Shown one piece after another: positions 41,064 through 49,845 of a stretch of 64,000 bases of DNA. The stretch lies in assembly GCA_963666345.1 (NCBI GenBank), contig OY762721.1, positions 3,136,001-3,200,000 on the forward strand. Direction: 5' to 3'. Numbering within the stretch: position 1 is the stretch's first letter; each line of letters begins with the position of its first letter. The translations under genes and the position numbers were made by a program. The notes under the pieces were generated by a model that searched no databases, had not been told where the DNA came from, and worked only from the letters and a program-made list of their open reading frames with translations. The DNA is from Desulfatiglandales bacterium (GTDB lineage Bacteria > Desulfobacterota > DSM-4660 > Desulfatiglandales > Desulfatiglandaceae).

Positions 41064-41236
41064 TGATCACTTAACTCGTCCCCTCCAGAAATGATTCATT
41101 TCTGGATGTTTCCTTCAGCTGTCAGCTATCAGCAAGTAGCCAACAAATTGATATCTCAAGTGTTTTACTGACTGTTGAGAGCTTATTGCTGATAGCGTGA
41201 GTCCATAAATCTTGATTTATGGATGATCACTAACTC
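41064..41236. mobile_element. Palindromic MITE/REP-like element
   Basis: Two palindromes TCCAGAAATGA-T-TCATTTCTGGA (41084-41106) and TCCATAAATC-TT-GATTTATGGA (41202-41223); inverted 7-mer GCTRTCA arrays; flanked by TGATCACT(T)AACTC direct repeats. Confidence 0.65.
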
Positions 41237-41298
41237 ATAATTGTGAAATTATAGAAACAGGCAACGAAAGCTGGAGGATGAAACACGCAGCTTCATAG
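41230..41298 (+). pseudogene. istB: IS21-family istB 3' remnant
   Basis: Translates LTHNCEIIETGNESWRMKHAAS*, which matches the IstB C-terminal motif (LxHxxxIIETGNxSxR). Confidence 0.8.
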
Positions 41299-41346
41299 GT
41301 AAAAAAGAGCTCAACTCTTAAACTATTTAACCATTTTTTTACTCAA

Positions 41347-41370
41347 GGGTGGGTCAATTTTCAACGCCTG
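41347..41370 (+). mobile_element. IS21-family right terminal repeat remnant
   Basis: GGGTGGGTCAATTTTCAACGCC, ~50 nt after the istB stop; typical of IS21 ends. Confidence 0.65.
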
Positions 41371-41488
41371 TCGGAAACCATTTTTACCTGTTCGGTATTT
41401 TCCCGGATTTTTAATACCTTGAACAAAGCGCTTCAGGGTTTATATTAAAAAGGCATGAGTTGCTTTATGAAAATCGGGGAGGTCTGAA

Positions 41489-41689
41489 ATGGGTGAAAAA
41501 ATCAATGACCTGAATGGCAGTTATTGTAAGATACCGGCAAAAAAGAAGGGGTGGTGGGGCAGATTTCTGGAAAAGCTCGAAAATTCCAGGGAAAATCAGG
41601 CCGCCTGTGTAGCCTGAGGGGGACCTGATGTCGTCCGGGCCGGACGAGAAAAATGGAATGAGAATAAAGGGATAAAGCAGGACCTTTGA
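41489..41689 (+). CDS. Small candidate selenoprotein (CxxU); 42 aa if UGA 41615-41617 is a stop, 66 aa if read as Sec
   Basis: RBS GGGGAGG; MGEKINDLNGSYCKIPAKKKGWWGRFLEKLENSRENQAACVA-UGA-GGPDVVRAGREKWNENKGIKQDL*; SECIS-like hairpin; downstream terminator. Confidence 0.6.
41631..41647 (+). promoter_or_regulatory. Putative bacterial SECIS element
   Basis: 7-bp stem TCGTCCG/CGGACGA, G-rich loop GGC, loop 20 nt after the in-frame UGA. Confidence 0.55.
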
Positions 41690-41775
41690 ATAAGGTTCAA
41701 ATTATTTCTGATCTGCATGGATTAAATTATTTGGTAATAGCAAGGGAATAAAACAGCAACTTGGATGATTTTTTT

Positions 41776-41806
41776 AAGGCAGGGTCTTTATGACCCTGCC
41801 TTTTTT
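41776..41806 (+). terminator. Rho-independent terminator
   Basis: AAGGCAGGGTC-TTTAT-GACCCTGCCTT followed by a T-run. Confidence 0.85.
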
Positions 41807-41829
41807 ATTGATCTTTTACGCGTTGATAA

Positions 41830-41898
41830 TATTTCGTATATAGATATTTTGTGTACGAAAAATATATCATTGACATGTCCTAACCTGCATGATATCTG
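41830..41898 (+). promoter_or_regulatory. EctR/CosR-like operator(s) and promoter of marR-proVWX
   Basis: TATTTCGT-AT-ATAGATAT and TATTTTGT-GT-ACGAAAAA just upstream of TTGACA (41870-41875). Confidence 0.55.
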
Positions 41899-41999
41899 AT
41901 GATATGATTTCAGCTGGATATAATTTATGGTGAAAATTTAATTGCCAAATAAATAAATTTCCGCAGTAAACAGATCGTGAATCGAAAAGAGGTTAGCAA

Positions 42000-42446
42000 G
42001 TGGAACGGGCGGTAATGCATGCCGAAAGCATATTTCATTCTTTGAGGCGTATAACCCACGCACTTGCCCAGCATAGCAGGCAATTGAACGACAGGTTTAA
42101 CCTGACTGTTCCTCAGGTCTTATGTCTGAGGCAATTGCTCGGTAAGGGGCCGTCTACGATCGGAGACCTGGCTAAAAGTTCTTACTTCAGTCAGGCCACT
42201 ATAACCGGCATTGTTGACAGGCTGGAATCCCGCGGACTTGTGCAAAGGGACCGTAACGACTTTGACAGGAGAAGGGTGATCGTATCTCTCACCGATAAGG
42301 GAAAGGAGCTTGCATGTGATATGCCTGGTCCGCTGCAGGACCGGTTTGCGACTGAATTGAAAGCGTTATGTGAGGAAGATCGAGACCGGATCGACATGGT
42401 ATTGAAGCAGTTGGTTGACATGATGGAGGGGAGAAAAGGTACATAA
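42000..42446 (+). CDS. MarR-family regulator (EctR/CosR-like)
   Basis: SLRRI...HSRQL...LTVPQVLCL, SQATITGIVDRLE, DRRRV; precedes a betaine ABC importer. Confidence 0.88.
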   Translation: MERAVMHAESIFHSLRRITHALAQHSRQLNDRFNLTVPQVLCLRQLLGKGPSTIGDLAKSSYFSQATITGIVDRLESRGLVQRDRNDFDRRRVIVSLTDKGKELACDMPGPLQDRFATELKALCEEDRDRIDMVLKQLVDMMEGRKGT

Positions 42447-42612
42447 GATTAAAGATAAGTTTCAAATATAGGATCGTTCAAGTCAAATTGATCCTATTTC
42501 CTTTTTGCCTAAGCAGTTTTAGCCCAATTTTCGACGAAAATATTTTCAAGAAAAGCCTGTCTGCAAAAACGTCCCATAACAGGTAAATGCGCAAATAGAT
42601 AAGAGGACACGA

Positions 42613-43815
42613 ATGGAAGAGAAAATAGCAATAGAAAATCTTTACAAGATCTTTGGGCCTCATCCTGAAAAGGCGATAAAGCTTTTGAAGGAAGGGCAGA
42701 CCAAAGATCAAATAATGGAGAAGACGAAACATGGAGTGGGTGTTGCAGATGCCTCTTTCGTGGTCAACGAGGGAGAAATCCTTGTTGTGATGGGGCTTTC
42801 GGGTAGTGGAAAATCGACCCTGATAAGATGCATAAACAGACTCATTGAGCCGACTTCCGGGAAGGTTATCGTGAACGGTGAGGATGTTACATCTCTTTCC
42901 CCCGAACGGCTAAGGATGTTCAGACAGCATCATTTTGGAATGGTCTTCCAGAATTTCGCGCTTTTTCCCCACAGAACGGTTATCAAAAATGTTGAGTACG
43001 GACTGGAAGTCCAGAATGTGGATCCAAATATCAGGTATGAAAGATCCATGCAGGCCCTTGAGCAGGTAGGCCTTAAAGGGTGGGAGGACGTATATCCCGC
43101 GCAGCTCAGCGGTGGAATGCAGCAGCGGGTGGGACTTGCGAGGGCACTTGCCCTGGATGCCGATATTATGCTTATGGATGAGGCATTCAGCGCACTTGAT
43201 CCTCTTATCCGCAGGGACATGCAGGATGAACTTCTGGCCCTTCAGGAGAGCGTGCATAAGACAATCGTTTTCATAAGTCACGATCTTGATGAGGCACTTA
43301 AACTGGGAGACAGAATCGTTCTGATGAAGGACGGAGTTATAGTTCAGGAGGGAACCGCAGAGGAGATATTGACTAATCCCGCCAATGACTATGTTGCAAA
43401 ATTTGTGGAAGAAGTGGACATGAGCAAGGTCATCACGGCGGAGTCGGTGATGGTTAAGCCTGCGGCCATTGCCTCGTTTAAAACGGACGGCCCCCGTGCG
43501 GCCATGAGAAAGATGAAGCATGCAGGCATATCGAGCATATTCGTAAGGCATGAAGGCAACCTGATCGGAATGGTTACGGCCGACTCGGTAATAGAAGCAA
43601 TCAAGAACGGGGAGAAAAGCCTGGAAAGTTCATTGATAAAGGATTTGCCAACGGTAAGTCCCGACACTCGTGCCATAGATCTTTTCCAGCATCTTGCGGA
43701 ATTAAGCTATCCCTTGGCGGTTGTGGATGAGAATAAAAAATTGAAGGGAATAATAATAAAGGGGACGCTCCTTGCTGCCCTTGCCGAGGGAAGACATAAC
43801 GGGGGGACGGAATAA
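42613..43815 (+). CDS. proV: Glycine betaine/L-proline ABC transporter ATP-binding protein (ProV/OpuAA) with CBS pair
   Basis: NLYKIFG, MGLSGSGKST, LSGGMQQRVGLARAL, MDEAFSALDPLIR. Confidence 0.94.
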   Translation: MEEKIAIENLYKIFGPHPEKAIKLLKEGQTKDQIMEKTKHGVGVADASFVVNEGEILVVMGLSGSGKSTLIRCINRLIEPTSGKVIVNGEDVTSLSPERLRMFRQHHFGMVFQNFALFPHRTVIKNVEYGLEVQNVDPNIRYERSMQALEQVGLKGWEDVYPAQLSGGMQQRVGLARALALDADIMLMDEAFSALDPLIRRDMQDELLALQESVHKTIVFISHDLDEALKLGDRIVLMKDGVIVQEGTAEEILTNPANDYVAKFVEEVDMSKVITAESVMVKPAAIASFKTDGPRAAMRKMKHAGISSIFVRHEGNLIGMVTADSVIEAIKNGEKSLESSLIKDLPTVSPDTRAIDLFQHLAELSYPLAVVDENKKLKGIIIKGTLLAALAEGRHNGGTE

Positions 43816-44651
43816 TGGAACAGTTCAAGATACCCATCGGGTCGGTAATTGAAGGTATAATTAATTTTTTCGTTGATCATTTTGCCTTTCTTACAAAGGC
43901 CTTTTCCAAGGTCACTGAACATGGCATAGAAATGCTTGTCAATCTCATGATGTTTTTCCCGCCCTGGCTTCTGATCCTGTTTTTTGCAGCCCTTGCCTAT
44001 ATCCTTACAAAGAAAAGGGGCATTGTCCTTTTCACTTTTCTGGGGCTCTGTCTCATATGGAACCTGGGACTGTGGCCGCCTACGGTGAGCACTCTTTCGC
44101 TGGTTCTCATATCGACGCTATTTGCAATTGCCATAGGTGTCCCGCTAGGCATTCTGGCGGCTATAAGCAATATCTTTTACAGGATCATAATGCCGATTCT
44201 TGATTTCATGCAGACAATGCCTGCGTTTGTGTATCTGATCCCGGCGATTCCCTTTTTCGGGCTTGGTCCTGTGGCCGCCATCTTTTCAACGGTTATTTTT
44301 TCCATGCCTCCGGCCATAAGGCTTACCTGCCTCGGCATCAAGCAGGTACCTAAGGAACTGGTGGAGGCCGCCGATGCGTTCGGCAGCAGCAAGGCCCAGA
44401 AACTTTTCAAGCTCCAGCTCCCCATTGCCACTCCTACAATTATGGCGGGAATCAACCAGACCATCATGCTTGCCCTTTCAATGGTCGTTATAGCCGCGAT
44501 GATCGGGGCGAAAGGCCTAGGAGGCGAGGTATGGAAGGCGATACAGAGGCTTCAGCCTGACAAGGGATTTGAGGCTGGTATCGGTATAGTTATAGTTGCA
44601 ATTATCCTTGACAGGATAATGCAGCAGTTCGGCACCAAAAAGGAGTCCTGA
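43815..44651 (+). CDS. proW: Glycine betaine/proline ABC transporter permease
   Basis: PILDFMQTMPAFVYLIP, AGINQTIMLALSMVVIA. Confidence 0.94.
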   Translation: MEQFKIPIGSVIEGIINFFVDHFAFLTKAFSKVTEHGIEMLVNLMMFFPPWLLILFFAALAYILTKKRGIVLFTFLGLCLIWNLGLWPPTVSTLSLVLISTLFAIAIGVPLGILAAISNIFYRIIMPILDFMQTMPAFVYLIPAIPFFGLGPVAAIFSTVIFSMPPAIRLTCLGIKQVPKELVEAADAFGSSKAQKLFKLQLPIATPTIMAGINQTIMLALSMVVIAAMIGAKGLGGEVWKAIQRLQPDKGFEAGIGIVIVAIILDRIMQQFGTKKES

Positions 44652-44733
44652 TCAGGATCGAAGATCAGACCTGGTGATTCGTGATTTATGTCGAAACTTT
44701 TAATAACAACAGATAAAAAGGAGGATAACAGGG

Positions 44734-45588
44734 ATGAAAAAGACTTTGAATATTTTGCTTGCAGCGGTTTTTATGGTTGCTTTTACTCTCGCCCCTTCAG
44801 CTATGGCCGCGAAGGAAAAGGTTGAACTTGTATATGTGGAATGGTCCTGCGCGACAGCAAGCGTTAATGTTGTAAAGGCGGTGCTCCAGGAAAAGATGGG
44901 TTACAAAGTAGAAGTAACTCCCGTAAGCGCGGCCGCCATGTGGCAGGCCCTGGCAACCGGCGATGTCGACGGAATGACGACGGCATGGCTGCCTATCACC
45001 CATGGTCATTATTTGGACAAGGTAAAGGATAAGGTCGTAAACCTGGGGCCCAACTGCAAAGGGGCCGGGATCGGCTTGGTGGTGCCGAAATATGTCACCA
45101 TAGATTCCATAGATGAGCTGAACGCCAATGCGGACAAGTTTGATAAAAAGATCATTGGTATCGACCCTGGTGCTGGAATAATGTCCAAGACCGAAAAAGT
45201 GATTAAGGATTACGGTCTTGATAAATTCAAACTCATGGAAGGTACCGGTGCTATGATGACAGCGGTTCTTGGCGACAGGATCAAGAACAAGGAGTGGGTC
45301 GTCGTTACCGGATGGACGCCTCACTGGAAGTTTGCCAGATGGGACCTAAAGTATCTCAAGGACCCCAAGGGAGTATATGGCGGCGAGGAATATATCGCGA
45401 CCATCGTAAGAAAGGGCCTGGACAAGGACATGCCCGAGGTCTATAAGTTCCTGGATAATTTTTACTGGACCTTGGCTGACATTGGAACAGTCCAGGGATG
45501 GAACACCGAAGAAGGGGCGGATCCCTATAAAAACGCCGTAAGATGGATTAATGAGAACCCGGAAAAGGTCAAAAAATGGCTTGAATGA
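44734..45588 (+). CDS. proX: Glycine betaine ABC transporter substrate-binding protein (OpuAC-type)
   Basis: Signal peptide; AWLPITH, GIDPGAG, GWTPHWKF, LKYLKDPK. Confidence 0.92.
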   Translation: MKKTLNILLAAVFMVAFTLAPSAMAAKEKVELVYVEWSCATASVNVVKAVLQEKMGYKVEVTPVSAAAMWQALATGDVDGMTTAWLPITHGHYLDKVKDKVVNLGPNCKGAGIGLVVPKYVTIDSIDELNANADKFDKKIIGIDPGAGIMSKTEKVIKDYGLDKFKLMEGTGAMMTAVLGDRIKNKEWVVVTGWTPHWKFARWDLKYLKDPKGVYGGEEYIATIVRKGLDKDMPEVYKFLDNFYWTLADIGTVQGWNTEEGADPYKNAVRWINENPEKVKKWLE

Positions 45589-45606
45589 TGTAATTAAGAT
45601 AAAGAA

Positions 45607-45642
45607 AGGGCGTCGCCGTTTTTACCGGCGTCGCCTTTTTTT
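45607..45642 (+). terminator. Rho-independent terminator of proVWX
   Basis: GGCGTCGCCG...CGGCGTCGCC imperfect stem followed by a T-run. Confidence 0.75.
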
Positions 45643-45749
45643 ATGTGCGCCCATGCTTTATTAAAAAAAGTTGCGCTAAAATTCCACTGTTTTTTTATCC
45701 AAACATGTCTCAATCATGTCATGATGCGACTACCCTTTTTTGCTTTGCC

Positions 45750-45778
45750 TTGACCGGCCAATCCGGTTGGCTTATAAT
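45750..45778 (+). promoter_or_regulatory. Sigma70 promoter upstream of the small ORF and USP gene
   Basis: TTGACC-17-TATAAT. Confidence 0.65.
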
Positions 45779-45886
45779 AAACTAATAAAATCTGATTTTA
45801 CTATAGTAAATATGGTTTCCTGATTCGTTTCTTAAGAAATGATTTTGCCTTTGTAGATCGAGATAAGTGACCGTATAGAACTGAAA

Positions 45887-46030
45887 TTGAACGTGCTTAA
45901 AGCCATTGAGTTCCTATGTCCCGTGTGTTCCCTGATAGACCGTGAAAATCTTTCCGAGTCCGAGCTCGACAACTGCGTCGATGATGCTGCTGTCGGCAGA
46001 TATGCGGGAAATATCGATCTACTTGAATAG
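45887..46030 (+). CDS. Possible small CxxC protein (~47 aa, start uncertain)
   Basis: (M)NVLKAIEFLCPVCSLIDRENLSESELDNCVDDAAVGRYAGNIDLLE*; lies between a promoter and the USP gene; no clear RBS. Confidence 0.35.
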   Translation: MNVLKAIEFLCPVCSLIDRENLSESELDNCVDDAAVGRYAGNIDLLE

Positions 46031-46100
46031 CTTAGTCAGTCTGAGGCGGCACGGAATATGCGACTTGTTCGGACAAGCCTAAAATTAGGGAGGGATTAAT

Positions 46101-46547
46101 ATGGAGATAAAAAGTATCTTATGGCCCACTGATCTTTCGGAAAAGGCCGCAGAGGCCCTGCCGCTTGTAACTTCTCTGTCAGAGAAATATCAGGCTGAGA
46201 TTCACCTGGTTTACGTTGTAGAAGATATAGGTCGTTTTGGTGCCTGGTACGGAGACTTTGATTACTCCCACATTGAAAAACTCCAGGAGATTGAACGTAA
46301 AAAGGCTGAACAAGAACTCGAGAGCATTTGCAGTAATCACCTTAAGGGCTGTCCCCTTTACATACGGCATATCGCAACGGGTGATCCGGCAAGTGAAATA
46401 CTTAAGGCCATTGATGATGAAAAGCCGGATCTGGTGATTCTTGCGACTCAGGGCAGACAGGGCCGTTTCGGGTTCGGAGGCGTTGCCGAGAAGGTAATCA
46501 GGCACTCCCCCGCACCGGTGCTTTCAGTTCCGGTAAAGGCTGTTTGA
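46101..46547 (+). CDS. Universal stress protein (UspA family)
   Basis: ILWPTDLS, GDPASEIL, ATQGR...GGVAEKVIRHSPAPVL. Confidence 0.93.
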   Translation: MEIKSILWPTDLSEKAAEALPLVTSLSEKYQAEIHLVYVVEDIGRFGAWYGDFDYSHIEKLQEIERKKAEQELESICSNHLKGCPLYIRHIATGDPASEILKAIDDEKPDLVILATQGRQGRFGFGGVAEKVIRHSPAPVLSVPVKAV

Positions 46548-46570
46548 GGACCGGAAAATGTTTGATAAAA

Positions 46571-46604
46571 GGGCTGCGGAAATTTTTCCCCGCGGCTTTT
46601 TTTT
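46571..46604 (+). terminator. Rho-independent terminator after the USP gene
   Basis: GGCTGCGG...CCGCGGC stem followed by a T-run. Confidence 0.65.
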
Positions 46605-46685
46605 ATCTCTGGACAGAAAGCCGCATCCTAATAGCGGGAGACTAACTGCAAAAGGAATGTTGATTTTCAGATAAAGGGTGACATC

Positions 46686-47558
46686 ATGATGAGAAGAAGC
46701 AGAGTATTTCGCCTTTCAGACGGCAGATCCCTCGGATTTTGCGAGGGGGGTGCCGGGAAAGGCCTCCCCCTTTTTTACTTCCATGGGTTTCCCGGTTCGC
46801 GTCTTGAAATAGAATTTACAGACTCTGCCTCGGAGCATAATAATGTTCGCATAATCGGTGTTGAAAGGCCCGGTTACGGACTTTCTAGTCCAAAGAAAGA
46901 AAGGACCATAAGCGACTGGCCCGCTGATGTTGTCGAACTGGCCGATTTTCTTGAGATCAAAAAATTCTCAATTTTGGGTGTTTCAGGGGGTGGACCATAT
47001 GCGGCTGCATGCGCCCGCTTCATACCTGACCGACTGGAGCGGGTTGGGATAGCCGCGGGTTTGGGCCCTGTGGAGCAACCTGGATCAATGGAGGGCATGA
47101 TATGGCTCAACCGGATAGGGCTCAGACTTGCAAAAATACTTCCTGCCGTTGCGCAGGGGCTTCTAATAACCGGTCTGGCAATTCTGAAATCCAACCCTGA
47201 GGGAATCATGGGATATCTCGCCTCCCATGTGAACCGATACGGCGAGACAGGTCTGTGTAATCCTGAGGCAAGGAAGACCTATGCAAGGTCTTTTAAGGAG
47301 GCGTTCAGAAACGGTTACTGCGGTGTTGCAAGCGATCTTGTCCTATACAGCAGACAGTGGGATTTCAGGTTGGAAGACATCAGGGCCAGAGTGGATATCT
47401 GGCAGGGCCTGGATGATGTCATTGTCCCTTACTGCATGGGCAAGAAATATTCAATGGCTGTTTCAGGTTGCAAGGCGCACTTCTACAAAGGGGCGGGTCA
47501 CTTTTCTCTTATATTTAAATATATGGATGAGATAATAGAAACCCTTTCAGCCGGATGA
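46686..47558 (+). CDS. Alpha/beta hydrolase
   Basis: FHGFPGSR, RPGYG, nucleophile elbow GVSGG, D and GH catalytic residues near the C-terminus. Confidence 0.9.
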   Translation: MMRRSRVFRLSDGRSLGFCEGGAGKGLPLFYFHGFPGSRLEIEFTDSASEHNNVRIIGVERPGYGLSSPKKERTISDWPADVVELADFLEIKKFSILGVSGGGPYAAACARFIPDRLERVGIAAGLGPVEQPGSMEGMIWLNRIGLRLAKILPAVAQGLLITGLAILKSNPEGIMGYLASHVNRYGETGLCNPEARKTYARSFKEAFRNGYCGVASDLVLYSRQWDFRLEDIRARVDIWQGLDDVIVPYCMGKKYSMAVSGCKAHFYKGAGHFSLIFKYMDEIIETLSAG

Positions 47559-47781
47559 TTTGAGAGTTTTACTGGCCTATGTAGCACTTTTTATAAACGT
47601 TGCAGCCCTTCAGGGAATAAAGAGGGCCCTGATTGCCGATTGCCGACCCTTGAGTGCCGGATGGACAGCGGGTAAGAACAGGGAGAAGGACGAACCGATG
47701 TGGGCTGTCTTGAAGAAGTATGATAAGACAACTTAACAAGACAGATCAAAAGGATTTCTTAAACCGCTTGAGTTGAGGCTG

Positions 47782-48075
47782 TTATATCTTTTCGGCCTTT
47801 CCAACCAGGCGGTCGAATTTTTCCACCTCAACGACAGGCGACGTCCTGAAGGTGATTCCGGTTATCTTCTGAAGTTCCACCGAGCTTGCCATGGCCGCTT
47901 CAGAGTTGGGGAAATCGACTGTAAAGACAAGGTCATCCTCCCCCATGACGGCATACATGCTCTTTACATCTCCGCCGTGTCTCTTTATCGCCTCTACGGC
48001 CTTCTCCGTGCGCTCGGCGCTTATTCCTTCCAGCGATTCAGGATTGTAGCGTCCAAACATCAGGAAAATAGACAT
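47782..48075 (-). CDS. GYD domain protein
   Basis: ~97 aa; GGDVKSMYAVMGEDDLV; RBS GGAGG before MSIFLM. Confidence 0.8.
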   Translation of the reverse strand: MSIFLMFGRYNPESLEGISAERTEKAVEAIKRHGGDVKSMYAVMGEDDLVFTVDFPNSEAAMASSVELQKITGITFRTSPVVEVEKFDRLVGKAEKI

Positions 48076-48304
48076 GATTTCACCTCCCGCTAAATTTGTT
48101 AGGCCTGTTTTGAATGAAATTATATCATTAATTCTACTTTGTGAAAATATCTGAAAACTATCTGCAACCAATTAACCCCTTAGAGGGCGGTATTTTTTTG
48201 CATTGTTTGAATGCGTTGCTCGTGTTAGGTTGTATTGTCAGTCAGATTGTGAAAACAAGTCCCGCCTCTAACGAATGATGCGGAGAAGGAATCAGGAGGG
48301 CCTT

Positions 48305-48712
48305 ATGAGGGTGCTTTACTGGTATTGTGACGATTTCAACTGGGATCCCGCAATCAAGGCCCTGGATGACGCGGGGGAAGCTGAAGCGGGCCGTAATGAA
48401 AAGTGCGTGGTCGCCTTCATACATGTTGAGCCGGAGGATGTTTCAGAGACCGGCTCTGCGGAGACAAAGCTGGTAAAAAATGCCAAATGGCTTGCCAGAA
48501 AGTGGAAAACAGATCTGATAATCCTGCATTCCTTTACCCATCTGGGGGAAATCAAGGCTGAACCGGAAGAGGCGCGAAGCCTTCTGGACAGGGTAGAGCA
48601 AAGAATCAAAGGTGCGGGATATCGGACTGTGCAGACCCCTTACGGCTATTTTCTCGATCTTGATCTCAAGGCGCCCGGCCACCCGCTTGCAAGGATATAT
48701 AAGGAATTTTGA
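48305..48712 (+). CDS. Stand-alone archaeal-type threonyl-tRNA synthetase editing domain (Ser-tRNA(Thr) hydrolase-like)
   Basis: VVAFIHVEPED, LHSFTHL, TPYGYF, GHPLAR; RBS AGGAGG. Confidence 0.85.
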   Translation: MRVLYWYCDDFNWDPAIKALDDAGEAEAGRNEKCVVAFIHVEPEDVSETGSAETKLVKNAKWLARKWKTDLIILHSFTHLGEIKAEPEEARSLLDRVEQRIKGAGYRTVQTPYGYFLDLDLKAPGHPLARIYKEF

Positions 48713-48788
48713 AAAGGGCTGATTATCCCTTGCAAGGAAGGCGAAATATGGGCGCCAAGGATTAATTGTTTAAAAATTATATGAAAGA

Positions 48789-49781
48789 TCAATCATTGTC
48801 TCCGTCAAGCAGCCCTCCCAGAGAACCGAGGATAGAACCCTCGCCCTTGCTGCCTCCCCTCTGAGGAGCGGATTGGAGCATTCGGCCGGCCAGGCGTGAA
48901 AAGGGGAGGGACTGAAGCCACACCCTGCCCGGGCCCTGCATGACCGCGAAAAAGAGACCTTCACCACCGAAGAGCGCTGTCTTGATATTGCCTGCCTGCT
49001 GGATATCAAACCCGACGTTGGCTTCATAGGCCACTACGCATCCGGTATCAACGTGAACAACTTCGCCGGGCGCAAGTTTTCTTTCGACAACCGTGCCGCC
49101 TGCGTGCATGAAAACCTGTCCGTCTCCTTCCAGTTTCTGCATTATGAAGCCTTCGCCTCCGAACAGCCCGGTCAGTATCTTTTTTTGAAATGCGATACCG
49201 ATTGATACCCCCTTGGCGGCGCACAGAAAGCAATCCTTCTGACAGATAAGCGTTCCTCCCACGTTATCCAGCTTTACCGGGATTATGTTGCCGGGATATG
49301 GGGCCCCGAAGGCAACGTGTGCCTTGCCCTGTCCCGTATGGGTAAAAACGGTCATAAAGAGGCTTTCGCCGGTCAGGAGCCTTTTCCCGGCACCCATCAG
49401 CTTGTTCATGAAACCGCCCCCGTCGCAGTGGGAGCCGTCTCCGAAGACCGCCTCCATCTGAACCGTACTGTCCTTGTACATCATGGCGCCTGCCTCCGCC
49501 ACCGCGCTTTCCCCCGGATCGAGCTCAACTTCCACAAACTGCATCTCGGCACCCATAATCCTGAAATCGATTTCATCAGCGCCTCTGGTAACAGGTGGAG
49601 GAGGTGCAGCCGTAGGATAAGCCGTCTGATTCAGCTCAGCGACCTGGCAGATAGGGAGCCATTCGGCGAATCCCTCTTTCCAACAAAAACCGTTGGAATT
49701 CTTTTTCGATTCCGCCCGGGCCTGGGAAATATCAAAAGGCCCATACTGCTGACCATCATAGCTTAAATACCATTGTGCCAT
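48789..49781 (-). CDS. TIGR00266/AIM24 family protein with N-terminal GYF_2 (DUF4339) domain
   Basis: WY...GQQYGPF...WKEGFAEW; AEAGAMM, GESLF, GGEGF, VDTGCVVA. Confidence 0.9.
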   Translation of the reverse strand: MAQWYLSYDGQQYGPFDISQARAESKKNSNGFCWKEGFAEWLPICQVAELNQTAYPTAAPPPPVTRGADEIDFRIMGAEMQFVEVELDPGESAVAEAGAMMYKDSTVQMEAVFGDGSHCDGGGFMNKLMGAGKRLLTGESLFMTVFTHTGQGKAHVAFGAPYPGNIIPVKLDNVGGTLICQKDCFLCAAKGVSIGIAFQKKILTGLFGGEGFIMQKLEGDGQVFMHAGGTVVERKLAPGEVVHVDTGCVVAYEANVGFDIQQAGNIKTALFGGEGLFFAVMQGPGRVWLQSLPFSRLAGRMLQSAPQRGGSKGEGSILGSLGGLLDGDND

Positions 49782-49845
49782 GTCTATACTCCTGTCATAT
49801 AGTGTGTTTTCAATATGCCACCACCAGTATATTGTCGGGGCAAAG

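Noticed and set aside
41110..41200. Short periodic repeats considered as a CRISPR array
   Set aside because: Units are 7 nt with no unique spacers and no cas genes; part of a MITE
45839..45886. ATG-ATT-TTG-CCT-TTG-TAG in frame with the CPVC small ORF (possible amber/pyrrolysine read-through)
   Set aside because: No RBS, no pyl genes in the window and no supporting context; chance is more likely
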